Source of the DNA: Eledone cirrhosa
Taxonomy: Eukaryota
Reading direction: 5' to 3'
Assembly (NCBI GenBank): GCA_964016885.1
Contig: OZ024742.1
Coordinates: 317,068,001 to 317,132,000, forward strand
Length of the DNA: 64,000 bases
The translations under genes and the position numbers were made by a program. The notes under the pieces were generated by a model. That model did no database searches and was not told the DNA's origin. It was given only the letters and a program-made list of their open reading frames with translations. Below are positions 1-12,993 of the stretch, piece after piece. The first letter of the stretch is position 1, and each line of letters begins with the position of its first letter.

Positions 1-64
1 ATGTGTGTGTGTATATATATATACATGTATATATACATATATATATATACACACACACATATAC

Positions 65-118
<54 letters not shown>

Positions 119-858
119 CAATGTACATTGCCTTCGTTTAGTTATCCTCGTTCCCTTACCGCACACATTTATACCTGCGTAAGTATTTGTGTATATATAC
201 ATATGTGGTTGGGAGTGATACGTATGTATCTATGCATGTATACATATGCATGTTTGATGAATTTAGGAACTATAAAGCAATATATACAAATGTTAAAAAA
301 GAAAGAAACGAATGAAAAAATATGTTTTCTTCGTATTTTGACTGAATTTCTTTTTTTCTATCATTCTAGAATTTTCATTTATTTTCAATATCTTTGAAGA
401 TATTTGAATAGGTGATATTAAAATGTATTGTATTGATCTTTTCATATAATTTCATCAAAGTAATTTTTTTTTATGCGTACATCTCTGAGTTGAAATACTA
501 GAGTTAGTGAGAAACTAAGCACTAAGATCAAGTGGGAAGTTGTACTCCTAGTTCTATATAGAATATTTACCCCTGGATGTAGAAATAGAATACAATTAAA
601 TTCTACACTCTTCAGATTACTTTGTTTGGGCCAAATTGTCTCAATTTGTGAATTCTAGGGATACCAGAAGACTAAAGGAAACAGCTTTCACAGAAAAAAC
701 GGAGTGAATCTTTAACTTGCCCCCGACAACTCCCTTACCCAATCTTAACTTCAGTTGCCCCAACTACGTCTTGGAACTGGACTGGACTTATATCACGTGC
801 AGGTCATAGCTTCGGCCCAAGTATCGAAAATATTATGTGAGTTTTTTATTCTAATATA

Positions 859-1041
859 TAATTGTTTCTACTTTCGGCACAAGACCAGCAATTACCCCAG
901 TGCATTACTGGTGCCTTATTTTATCGACCCTGTAATAAAGAAAGGCAAAGTTATCCTCGGTGGGAGTTGAACTCAGCCCGTAAAGGACCGTAACTATGCT
1001 GCACAGCATGGAGTCTGACGCTCTACCGATACTGCCAATCC
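859..1041 (-). mobile_element. tRNA-derived SINE (Meta-domain-like family A)
   Basis: Reverse complement has an A box (TGGCAGTATCGG), a B-box-like GAGTTCAACTCC, a body close to CTTTCATCCTTACGGGGTCGATAAAATAAAGTACCAG and the tail GTAGAAACAATTA. The same layout recurs more than 10 times in the window. Confidence 0.85.
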
Positions 1042-1574
1042 ATGTCTATATTCTGATATATAATGTCCCTCCTTTGTTTTGCTTGTTGTATTGAATTTTG
1101 CTATCTACGCATTGCAAGAGACATATGTAAACAATGCCATTTTTGTTGTGCAATGAAAGCAATATTATCATAGTATCTTGTCAATAACATATGCCTGACA
1201 CTTAATGTGTATTTGTTTTTGAAAACCACAATAAACAGAACGTTATGTTTATCTGGTTTGCATAAGTATCCTGAATATTGTAAATTGATACTGATATGAG
1301 AGAGTTCAACTGTGTTTTAGAAGAAAAAATATATCAATTTATCTGTTTATAAGCAGACACATGTATATATTCTCAACGTGTGTCATGTTTCGTAGTTTAC
1401 GTCTATGTATGAAAAGTTCTACAATAAATCCACATCAATATTTTTTTCATGTATTTAGAAAATTGCAAATGTTCTTTTAAAAACCGTAATTTTGTAGGGT
1501 TATGTGATCGCAATCTGTGCTCACTATAATCAAATATTTTCCTTACCCTGAACATTCAAGAATAATACTAATTA

Positions 1575-1880
1575 TTTCTAACATTGGCACAAGGTCAGCA
1601 ATTAGAAGGAAGGAGAACGTCGATTATAACTACTCCAGAATTTAGCTAACATTATTTTAACGTCTCCGGAAGAGTGAAAAGTAAATTAAACTGGGCGGGA
1701 TCGGAACTCAGAATGGAGAGACCAGAAGACACTGCCAAATCGACTTCTCTTTTATACAGATTTCCTCCTTAAGCACAAAGCCAGTAGTTTGGGAAAACGG
1801 AAATGTTGATTAAATCGATCGCAGTACATTGTTAATACATTTTTCTCGACGCAGAATTTGAACTCAGAATGTAAAGTCCT
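1575..1880 (-). mobile_element. Two degenerate SINE family A remnants
   Basis: GGCACAAGGTCAGCAATT...GAACTCAGAA and GCACAAAGCCAG...TTTGAACTCAGAATGTAAAG match the family on the minus strand. Confidence 0.55.
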
Positions 1881-3751
1881 GTGCTTTTTCTGCTGTTGAT
1901 GCAAATATATTGTTGTTGTTGGTGTTGTTGTTGATGTTGATGTTCTTGTTACTGTTTGTAGTTGTATGTTTCTGTTGTAGTTCTTGTGTTAGTGGTGGTG
2001 TTTGTGATGCTGTAGATAATTGTGTTTGTGACATGCTTGTGCTAGTGTTTTAGTTGTGTGTGGTTTTGTTCTTATACTGGTGGTATCAGACATCTGCAAT
2101 GTTGGAAAATCCCTTTTCTATTATTTTTCTGCTTCCCGTATTCCTTGTAGTAGTAGTAGCAGCAGCAGTTGTTGTTATCTTCTGCAGTGGTCGAACTCTA
2201 TTCCGAAGTGTTCTGGCTGTTCTTTTCTTCACTTGATTTCAAAATAGTATTATTTTTATTTTTATTTATTTATTTATTTATTTATTTATTATTATTTGGG
2301 AGGTGGGGTGGCGGTGCAAAGTAAGTGTAAATTAACCTGCTCATTGTGGATGCATTCAGTTTAGCCGCAAACTGTATAAAAATTTTAAAAAACGCTTTGG
2401 GACATAGTATTTATCTCATGATATTAATATGTCAGCTGTATCAACAGAACTATCAACATGCGATAGTGCCTCTCGATATTTAATACAACTTATTTATGTT
2501 AATCAACATGCTACATTTTCACAGCTGCTCGTGTTCAATTTCATATGAAGATTCCGTTGAATGTGGTATATATTTGATTGCGCTGAGATATAAGACTGAG
2601 AAAATTCTTTGCGTGGTCGGCAGTACTGTACATCGGGAGAGAAATACGATGCCATGGTCTTCAACTCATAGTTGAAATTTAAGAGATCGAAAGCTAATTC
2701 ACTTTATTGCTTTCGACGCAGTCCTCGTAAATTTCCAATGATTTCAGATTTTAAAACATTACACAGTTGTAAAGCTATAAAGTGTTTCACTTCCAGAGGT
2801 ACGAGGAAATGTATGCCTCATTAGGACGTGTAATAAAACGAAAACACGTCTAGCGTTGTCTCTTATACGTACCGGAATGATTAAAATATTAATAATAGTT
2901 TTGATATATTTTCCTTATCGAATTAGGACGTGTGATGAGATATCTTATGCTCTCTTTATTAGATATGTTTATATTATCGTCTTCCTAGTGTGTTACACGA
3001 AATATCTCCAGGTTTCTAGAGAACTTGTGATCATGAGCTTTAGTTTCATTCCTTATATTTATGATAATATCTTTGGTCTTTGCATATTCATTCTACATGT
3101 AACAGTGACTGAATAGAATGATGAGTAAATAAGAAATAAGGCATATGTTATGGATGAATCTACATGAAATGATTTGCTGCCATCTGCTATGTTTGTCATT
3201 GATCGATTTTGATCTAATAAAATTGTCTCTGTGGAACAAATCAAATATCTCGTTTCACATGTTTTTACCAGGTAGTCAGGCTTGAAATAAGTCTCATCTT
3301 TGGGAAATAGAGATTCAATTATATTTCTTTAAGGAGAGTTCTGCAGCGGATGATATGGGTTTAGTGAGGGTGGGAAGATGGTTAATTTTCCACATGACTA
3401 AAGTATCTTACATGATTATCGATTAATTGGTTTCCACATTCTTATTAAATTGGTTGCCATAGTTACATATCGCAGAATATATATATGTATTTATATATAT
3501 ATATGTGTGTGTGTGTGTCTGACTCTGTGTGTGTGTGCGTGCTTGTGCGTGTGTGTGCGTGTGTGTGTGCGTGTGTGTATGTGTGTGTAGGAATATATAT
3601 ATGTGTATGTGTGTGCAAGTATTTTGCTCTTTTGTGCTTTTACTGTTTTCAATCAAAGGGGCTAAACATATGTCGAAGCACTGCCTACTAGAATATAGTT
3701 TACTATGCCACACAAACACATATCTATATATACATATTCAGCTATTTATAT

Positions 3752-3789
<38 letters not shown>

Positions 3790-3803
3790 TGTGTGTGTAT
3801 GTG

Positions 3804-3849
<46 letters not shown>

Positions 3850-4093
3850 TGTGTGTGTATAAATATATATACATATATATATATATATATATTTGTTGTA
3901 GAGGGTTTTGTGGCAACATGTCTCCGGTCGCAATTGTCACGGTGTCACACCCCTAACGTATAGTTATTACTCTGAGCTATAATTTATCGATATCACCTCA
4001 TTGATTGCTTTGCCCCAGCTTCAGAAGATTAATTTCGAAAAATGTTAATCGCAGCTGCAACTTCGATTTTCTAACTATTATTATTATTATAAA

Positions 4094-4277
4094 GGCGGTT
4101 GGTTGGCAGTATCGGTAGAGTCGGACGCCATGATTTGAAGCATAAAGTTACGTCCCTTTATGATCTGAGTTCAAATCCCGCTGAAGTTAACTTTGCCTTT
4201 CATCCTTACGGGGCCGATAAAATAAAGTACCAGTAATGTACTGGGTATTTGCTGGCCTTGTGCCTAAAGTAGAAACA

Positions 4278-4281
<4 letters not shown>
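4094..4281 (+). mobile_element. SINE family A, full length
   Basis: GGCGG...TTGGCAGTATCGG (A box), GAGTTCAAATCC (B box), Meta-like body, GTAGAAACAATT end. Confidence 0.9.
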
Positions 4282-4323
<42 letters not shown>

Positions 4324-4456
4324 GAGAGAGAGAGAGAGAGAAAGTGAAGAATAACATGGTCAACAGTACAAAACAGGGATTTATTTACAGTATGACAATT
4401 GTTTCACTGATTAAGTTGTCTAACTGGATTACCTATAACGATATTTTGTCATCCCT

Positions 4457-4511
<55 letters not shown>

Positions 4512-5077
4512 AAGGCCTCTTTCTATTTACCAGATTCCATTCGGAATTATCGTTTAAACTAGGGCTGTATTTAATGGCATTTGTCTAAGAACGTGAGTTA
4601 ACGTTGTAGTGTGCTGAGCTGGATGCATTGTGACTACAGCCAGGGAGAAGCAAAATCTACGAGTCTTAACGTCAGGTTTCGTCTATTTCCATAATGCCCT
4701 CAGGAAAACGATGAGCATCATAAATGCCATTTAACCCTTCCCAGTGAAATCAATACAGCAACTTCCAAGTTTGTTACATCTAATCCTGATATTTTAATCA
4801 ATTCTCTTTATACCACTCGAGTGCATGATAGAGCAATATCGATTTTTTTTTTATATATGGGAACACTTCGAAATGTATGGGTGAGTAACTCAAATTGTGT
4901 AATATTTTTGTATTTGTCATATATTTGAAATATAGACATAATTTCTGCACAACATGGGTTTAGATTCCAGTCTTCAGTATGGCATTTATTCTTCATATGT
5001 TAAATATATATGTAATCTTGATAATATTGATCTATTTCATCAAAAATGTTTCACACATATATATATGTATATATATA

Positions 5078-5136
<59 letters not shown>

Positions 5137-6962
5137 GTATATTTGTGTATCTGTATCGATCTTACCCGACTCTGTAATCCGCGGCTCGACGGACCCCTTG
5201 AAATGCTAGTAGAAAAGAAAATAATTATATATATATATATATAAAACAATAACGAAGAGTGCAATACAAAGTGTTAGTATTAGGTTCACACTTGAGAGTG
5301 TGGTGTGGGGGACATATACATGTATTTACGACAGTAAATTTTACTAATTTACTAAGCGTATTTTAGCTCAAGTGCTTATAAACCAAAGTTAAATGTTCAA
5401 GACATTTAATCACTAAAAATTGTTTCTTCCTATATGAATATACCACCGACATCAAGTTATATTATTTAACAATTTGCTATTAGTTAACACAAATCATAGG
5501 AATCATCAGAGTTTAATTAACAACCAAAACGATTAATATAGTAGCAATACAAATAACTTACGAATACCAGATAACATATATCATGTGAACCCAGAATATA
5601 TGTCGATGGTTCTAGATGGGTCTAACAGCAAAGAACATACCTTCAGGCAGTGGCCAACGTTTCTCGCCCGGGATCTTGACAGTCACATTTCTTTAGAGGT
5701 CTGGAGGCGTTTCTATGAATATCCTTCTCTTTAGTGTTAATGGACGACTTGAACGGTATCATGGACGCATGCTGGAAAATTATGGAGATAGCAGATATAT
5801 GAGGAGGGTAGAAATCCGTCGCAAACCTGCTCAGACGTGTCTGACAGGTTCCAAACGGGTCAAGGCAATCGTATCTAGACAAGGTTTTTTGTAGAGAAGT
5901 CGATAGAGTTAACATTCTTTGTCCACAATGTAAAAGAGTCGATTCTAAATTCGTAGGTTCTACTTTTGATCGAACACTTAGATCATTCATCGTCGTAAGT
6001 GATGAAAGTCTATTCCATTCCATAAAATATAGCTATATAAATTGGCGATTGAAAGGGAAGTGCCAGGAATTCAAAGCGCGGTCAGCTAGCAGCATAACGA
6101 CTCGACCAGAAATTCCTTTTCCATTAACACTTAGATTACTCTAGTATATGTTATCTCTTTTAAGTATTAAGAAACTGCATGACACTTTATAACAATTACC
6201 TCGGGAGACTTAGCACAAGAAGGAGAATATCGTCGATTTAAATATTAGGAAAGAAACAACAGTATAATGTTACACTGTGCTGTTGTTATAGTAACCAACG
6301 TATTGTTATAAACACATTTAGTGTTTAATTTCATTTTCTTATTTTCCTTTTATGTTCTGTAAGTCGCTTTTCGTTTCCACGTCTTAAGTGGTAATATATA
6401 CATGGACTTCATTTAGAAATACCAAACGTAATGCAAATATTGTAAGAAAGAAAGAAAGCTATTTCTTCCTTGTTTAATATTACTTCTCAAGGACTAAATT
6501 GTTATAATTATTAGAAAGATATAGTTTCTAAGTCGATATAAAAAGCAATGTACCGTGTAATTTTCGTTAACAATTTAACATTAATTAGGTTTTAACGTCA
6601 TCGAACAGAAAGCTTTTAAAATTGATTCAAAGTAATTTCAAAACACAGAATATTGAAAAACAACAACGATAATAATAAAAACGAAAATAATGACTGAAAC
6701 TAAATTTAGATAAGGATAAAACCAATTATTATAATCTAGGCTCGTTTTACAAGTTAATTTTTAAACAACCTTAAATATATTCAGTTACTTCGAGAGGCAT
6801 AAATAGACCCAGAAATTATTTCTTCACAATATAAATTACTTAAAGCACAACGCCTCGTTTAAACAAGTCTCGCTGATTCACCGTGTAACATATTTTTTGT
6901 TCCCCGGTTCTAAGTGACATTTCATGGTTTGTTATATCCCATTATTATAAAAAAAACACTGA

Positions 6963-7121
6963 GGGCGGTGGATTGGCAGTACCGGTAGAGGGTCCCTTTA
7001 CGATCTGAGTTCAAATCCCGCCGAGGTTGATTTTGCCTTTCATCCTTACGGGGTCGATAAAATAAAGTACCAGTAATGCTCTGGATAATTGCTGGCCTTG
7101 TGCCTAAAGTAGAAACAATTA
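6963..7121 (+). mobile_element. SINE family A nested in the DNA transposon, with TSD
   Basis: Internally deleted copy flanked by ATTATAAAAAAAAACACT / ATTATAAAAAACACT duplications. Confidence 0.85.
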
Positions 7122-7334
7122 TTATAAAAAACACTATTATTTAATCAGGAGTTTGGGTTTGTGGTCAGGAGTTTGATATTTCGAAATTTTCATATTTTTC
7201 AAGAAAAACACATTTTTTTAAAATTTATCAGTTCATATAATTAAATCAACAGAGTATATATTTATTTTATTACACAAGTTTATCAAAAGCAAACAAGTAA
7301 AAACAAATAACACTTATAAAGCAACTTATACACG

Positions 7335-8577
7335 TCAGAAATGCCTGGATTTCCTGGATTTGCGGTTGTAGTCCAGGTCGCATTCGCGCACTAGCCCCCA
7401 GGTATAGTCCCCCATCATTTGTTCATTGTAGTGGCCCTGGTACCTCCACTCTATCTCTTTCACATCTTGGTGGAATCGTTTGCCTTGTTCTTCTGAGTAG
7501 GCGCCCATATTGTTCTTGAATATTTCCAGGTGAGCGTCTAGTATATGCAGTTTAAGCGACATCCTGCATCCCATGGCGCCAAAAGCCTTTATCAGATCCT
7601 GCACCAGTTGCTGGTAGTTTTCAGCTCTGTAGTTGCCCAGGAAGCCCTTAACAACTGCATTGAAACAGTTCCATGCTGTTCTCTCAATCCTATTGAACTT
7701 ATTGGAGAACTCGGTAGACTCAAACACCTTCTTTATCTGAGGTCCAACAAAAATTCCACCTTTGATTTTGGCCTCAGATAACTTGGGGAAGAACTCAAGA
7801 AGGTACTTAAAAGCGGCTGATGCTTGGTTGAGAGCCTTCACAAACTGCTTCATCAACCCCAACTTAATGTGCAGTGGCGGCATGAGCACAATCCTGGGAT
7901 CAACCAGTGGGTCCCACATGACGTTCCGGGTCCCAACTACAAATTATGTTCGCTGCTCCCAGTTCTTTCTTTTGTAGTGGTCAGAGGTGGCTCTGATTTC
8001 CCAAAAGCAGAGGAAGCATTGGAATTTGATAAAGCCTCCTTGGAGTCCAAGCAGAAAAGCCACCATCTTGAAGTCTCCAATGATTTCCCAATTCTACTGG
8101 TTGTATTGCAGAGCTTCCAAGAGGACTTTCACACTGTAGTAATCTTCCTTCAGACAGACTGAATGAACTAGGGGCAGTGTCGGGAACTTGTTTCCATTGT
8201 GGAGGAGGACAGCCTTCAAACTTGTGGTGGAGCTGTCTATAAATAGCCGTCACTCCTTGGGCACAAACGGCACCCCAATAACGTCAAACAGTCCAGACAC
8301 GTCATGGCAGAAGCAGAGGCCATCCCTAAGAGTGTAAAAGCCTGAGAAAGGTTCGTGTCGACTTCTCTGACTTGTCACCTGTACTTCCTCCTTGACCAAG
8401 TTCCGCTGCTTCATCCTGGAGACGAATAGCTCTGCATTGGACTGTGTCAGAGCCAAATCCCTGACCAAGTCATTGACTTCTTTTTGGTTTGGGAAGTGAG
8501 GAACTTTTTCTGGTACCTCAGGTAGGTAATCGAAGTCCTCAGCATCCATCTCCTCCTCTTCATCAGAATACTTGTCT
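7335..8577 (-). pseudogene. Chapaev3-type transposase pseudogene
   Basis: One frame links track ORFs 8250-8600 and 7335-7919 through three in-frame stops. Motifs: RLFIDSS..SLKAVLLHNGN, GDFKMVAFLLGLQGG..K..CFLC.W, PPLHIKLGLMKQFVKAL, SEEQG.RFHQD...YQG...MMGDY.W. A probable splice acceptor (ttttccaag) lies near 8577. Confidence 0.85.
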
Positions 8578-9129
8578 TGGAAAATAAATTTGATATGCAA
8601 TACAAAATAAATATTGGAAAGGGAAGTACATATTTAAATATTATAAAAGAACATTAATCATACGAATGAAAATTCGTGCTTAAAACACAACTTACTCTTT
8701 ATTCAGGGTGCGAAAGTCCAGTATCAATAAATCTCTTTAATCCACTTTTTAACAATTTTATACTTCATTGCACTTTTATAATTTTCTTTAGGTATTACTC
8801 TTTATTTTATAATTTTAATTTCACCTGAAACATATATTAAAAAAATCATTTAACATAAGCAAATTAAACTTACATACATGGTAAAATCCAGCATACGAAT
8901 AATTCTAGTGAATAGCTTAGAATTTTTACAAACCCAAACTTTTAACTGTTTAATAGAACTTTTTTATTTATTTGGGACCTAAGCAACGCAAAAAAAGTGA
9001 TTACAAGCCAGGAACAGAGAAAAGAAATGTTTGTTACACGGTGTTATTTAACCAGACCACATGACTTGTAAATATAGTGATTTTGTTCAGTAGAGGATCG
9101 ACATTGAGCTCTGAGGGTTTCGGCTAGTT

Positions 9130-9201
<72 letters not shown>

Positions 9202-9315
9202 TTGAAAAAAATGAAAACGAAATTTCATTTCTCACTCTTAGTATGGCACTTACTTAAATGTAAGTATGTATGTATACGTACATACATATATGTATACAGA
9301 CGTACAGTAGCATGC

Positions 9316-9414
<99 letters not shown>

Positions 9415-9582
9415 TACACATATGCATACAGGTACACATACATATATGCACGCATCAGTTTAGCCGACGTTTATTATAACGCCTGCTTTGTTCGTTTGTT
9501 TGTCAACAAATCGAACAGCCTGAATTTATGCCATACGGTGTTAAGGCAACCACGTCACCTTTTTGATCAACACTGACACAGG

Positions 9583-9627
9583 AACGATGTACTAGTTTCA
9601 AGCTTGTTAGCTATCATCAGCACCGTT
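9583..9627 (-). ncRNA. Minimal type I hammerhead ribozyme
   Basis: AACGGTG-CTGATGA-TAGCTAACAAGCTT-GAAA-CTAG-TA-CATCGTT: 7-bp stem I, palindromic stem III, GUA site. Confidence 0.85.
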
Positions 9628-9857
9628 TACCCATCTGCCAGATAGTTGAACGTTCGAAAGTATATACTTTCCTTATGAAAATTAACGGCTGAGCAGCCTA
9701 ATTTGCATATTGAGTGAGTTAAATCGGTCAGGCATACCGAAAACGATAAGTTGAAAAAAATGAAAACGAAATTTCATTTCTCACTCTTAGTATGGCACTT
9801 ACTTAAATGTAAGTATGTATACGTACATACATATATGTATACAGACGTACAGTAGCA

Positions 9858-9901
<44 letters not shown>

Positions 9902-10069
9902 TACACATATGTATACAGGTACACATACATATATGCACGCATCAGTTTAGCCGACGTTTATTATAACGCCTGCTTTGTTCGTTTGTTTGTCAACAAATCG
10001 AACAGCCTGAATTTATGCCATACGGTGTTAAGGCAACCACGTCACCTTTTTGTTCAACACTGACACAGG

Positions 10070-10114
10070 AACGATGTACTAGTTTCAAGCTTGTTAGCTA
10101 TCATCAGCACCGTT
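10070..10114 (-). ncRNA. Minimal type I hammerhead ribozyme (copy 2)
   Basis: Identical to 9583-9627, 487 nt away. Confidence 0.85.
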
Positions 10115-10241
10115 TACCCATCTGGCATAAATTCAGGCTGTTCGATTTGTTGACAAACAAACGAACAAAGCAGGCGTTATAATAAACGTCGGCTAAACTG
10201 ATGCGTGCATATATGTATGTGTACCTGTATGCATATGTGTA

Positions 10242-10276
<35 letters not shown>

Positions 10277-10513
10277 GCATGCTACTGTACGTCTGTATAC
10301 ATATATGTATGTACGCATACATACATACTTACATTTAAGTAAGTGCCATACTAAGAGTGAGAAATGAAATTTCGTTTTCATTCTTTTCAACTTATCGTTT
10401 TCGGTATGCCTGACCGATTTAACTCACTCAATATGCAAATTAGGCTGCTCAGCCGTTAATTTTCATAAGGAAAGTATATACTTTCGAACGTTCAACTATC
10501 TGGCAGATGGGTA

Positions 10514-10558
10514 AACGGTGCTGATGATAGCTAACAAGCTTGAAACTAGTACATCGTT
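10514..10558 (+). ncRNA. Minimal type I hammerhead ribozyme (copy 3)
   Basis: Same motif read directly on the plus strand. Confidence 0.85.
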
Positions 10559-10726
10559 CCTATGTCAGTGTTGAACAAAAAGGTGACGTGGTTGCCTTAA
10601 CACCGTATGGCATAAATTCAGGCTGTTCGATTTGTTGACAAACAAACGAACAAAGCAGGCGTTATAATAAACGTCGGCTAAACTGATGCGTGCATATATG
10701 TATGTGTACCTGTATGCATATGTGTA

Positions 10727-10778
<52 letters not shown>

Positions 10779-10826
10779 TGCTACTGTACGTCTGTATACA
10801 TATATGTATGTATGTATACATACATA

Positions 10827-10865
<39 letters not shown>

Positions 10866-10867
<2 letters not shown>

Positions 10868-12946
10868 CGGCGATGAATTAGTTTTGCGAGGTTTTTGATA
10901 TGAAATCGTGTGGCGAAATAAATATTGTTATACTTGGGGAAGGTCATATTTGTGTAATAATATTGCCAGAATTAATAACAGAACACACTCACTGTTTGGT
11001 TGGTTTTCGCTTCTGTGTCCTTTATATCGGTTAATTTAATTTATTCGGTCCTCAATGTTACCATTGACTGACCAACGGTTAAAAATACAGATACAAACAC
11101 ATATATATAGTCTAACAAAGTTCTTTCGTTGCACATCTGCAACATGGTCAGTGGTGTTATTATGTTTCCTCCCGTTGCATTGTATGCCTACGCTATCTTT
11201 ATTTAGTCTGTTTATTTATTTATTTATTTGTTTATTTTTTTGTCTTCTCTGCGCATGCGTTTGCGTGTGTGTATAGTGTTTTGTTTGATGTGTGTTCGTC
11301 TTTGGGTGACTGTGTATTGGTTATTGTATTCTATCTTAGTTTACTAGTGTTTGTTTATATGTGTCTGTTGTTATTGTGCTTGTGTATGTATTTATTTATT
11401 TATTTTTTTATTTATACTTCTCTTAGGTCAGTGTTGTTTGTTTGGGTGTTGTTATTCCATTCATTTTTTCTGTTTAGCCTTGGCCTTCTAAGTTTTATTT
11501 CGCTGGCCTCTCTGATTTGCCTATCTGCTGGGTCATTTCTATGTTTAGATATTATTCTAATTTCTATGTTGTCTATATTACCGTCGTGTTGTTGTCTGGC
11601 ATGTTCGTATAGTACTGAACCGTTTTTTCGTCCTTTTAGTTCCTTCCAGTGTTGGTCTATCCTTTCACCTATGCTACGAGCTGTCTCGCCTATGTATGTT
11701 GTTGTCATGTTTCTGCAAGTACCCTCTGTACATCTTATGCTATAGACTACGTTTCTAGTTTTACAGTTTATCCGGGGGTTTACTTTACATATGATACATT
11801 TCCTATTAGTACAGTGGGTTTTCTTAAAAGGGTAGGTTTTGCTGATCAGGGATTTTATGGTGGTTCCTGGCTTTTCTACCACATTAATCTTTAAGTGGGT
11901 CTTTCTCAGGGCCTTTTTACACTGATTAGCTAATTTCCCTCCAGGGGTAGCGGCCACAAACATGACACTCTGGTATCTCTGGTTGTCATACCATGAGGTG
12001 GCTTTCCCTATATTATGCCTAGTCTTATCTAAGCTATTCCATGATTTGCTCCTGTATAATGGGTAAATTCCTTTCATGTCCAGTTCTATGAGGGTCTTAT
12101 ACTTCTCCGTGGCTCCTTCGTATACTCTGATTCTATCTCTTTGGTTGTAGCCAGAGAACTGCATGCGGTTGATGAATTGTTGGATGTGTCTTTCTATTTC
12201 TGTTGGGTCGCACATGCGGGATATTGCGGAGTTTTTGAGTATCAAGTATTTCGAGGCTATGGGTTTATCATAGTGTGAGTGGAGAATTTGGGCTATCTCG
12301 TCTATAGTGTTAATCCAGAGTTCCGTGTCTAATACAGGTAGTCTATTATTGGGGTGTTTGGAAGGGTATTCGATAGTTACAGTTATACTCTGGTGTATGG
12401 AATTAGCTATCTGCTGGATACTTTCCATTGTGCTACGTTCTAAATCAAACTTGTTAGTGCTCTCTTGTGGGGATGTCCTTATTACTATATTGATGTCGTC
12501 TACGTAACGAGAGTACATGATGAGGTCTATGGAGCTCTCATCAAGGAGATCTTTGAGTCTCCTTTCCCACCATACCATAAAAAGGTTGGCAACGTCACCA
12601 GCTATGCTGACGCCAATGGCTGCTCCCTCATTTTGGGTGTAGATCTTCTCGTTGAACTTGAATATGTGGCCCTTTAGAGTAGTTTTGATACTAGCCCCTA
12701 TTGCATGTGCGACCATTTTTAGATAGGACTATACATAAGATGTGCAAAGAAAGAACTTTGTTAGACTATATATATGTGTTTGTGTCTATATTTTTGAGTG
12801 TTGGTCAGTCAATGGTAACACTGAGGACCGAATAAATTAAATTAACCGATATAAAGGACACAGAAGCGAAAACCAACCAAACAGTGAGTGTGTTCTGTTA
12901 TTAATTCTGGCAATATTATTACACAAATATGACCCTCCCCAAGTAT

Positions 12947-12952
<6 letters not shown>
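10866..12952 (-). mobile_element. Penelope-like element (Nematis-like), 5'-truncated with inverted pLTR
   Basis: The ~210-bp terminal region at 10921-11138 is inverted at 12738-12952, and both ends lie in (TA)n. A degenerate HHR (CTGACCA core) is at 11113-11159. Confidence 0.9.
11412..12716 (-). pseudogene. PLE reverse transcriptase (partial) plus C-terminal GIY-YIG endonuclease
   Basis: QNEGAAIG...VANLFMVWW, RYVDD, LPVLD, a CxxxxCxxC linker, VVYSIRC...YIGETARSIGERIDQH, E...LNRKNEW. The N-terminus is missing. Confidence 0.9.

Positions 12953-12993
<41 letters not shown>

Larger units (their letters stand above)
6879..9043 (-). mobile_element. Chapaev3-like (CMC superfamily) DNA transposon, defective
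   Basis: 12-bp TIRs CACCGTGTAACA (6879) and TGTTACACGGTG (9032-9043) give CAC...GTG termini and enclose a transposase pseudogene. Confidence 0.75.
9198..10830. mobile_element. Retrozyme-like tandem hammerhead element in head-to-head fold-back
   Basis: A ~490-550 bp non-coding unit is present about 1.7 times on minus (9198-10124) and about 1.4 times on plus (10123-10830). It holds three HHRs, and both outer ends merge into (TA)n. Confidence 0.8.

Noticed and set aside
1890-2240. Hydrophobic ORFs in GTT/GTA-rich region
   Set aside because: Decayed trinucleotide repeat with no coding evidence.
5643-6023. 126-aa minus ORF as a host exon
   Set aside because: No recognisable domain and an in-frame stop just upstream. 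It cannot be excluded without RNA-seq.
8250-8252. In-frame TGA in the transposase as selenocysteine or readthrough
   Set aside because: It probably replaces a Trp (TGG to TGA), and TAG and TAA stops follow in the same frame, consistent with ordinary decay.
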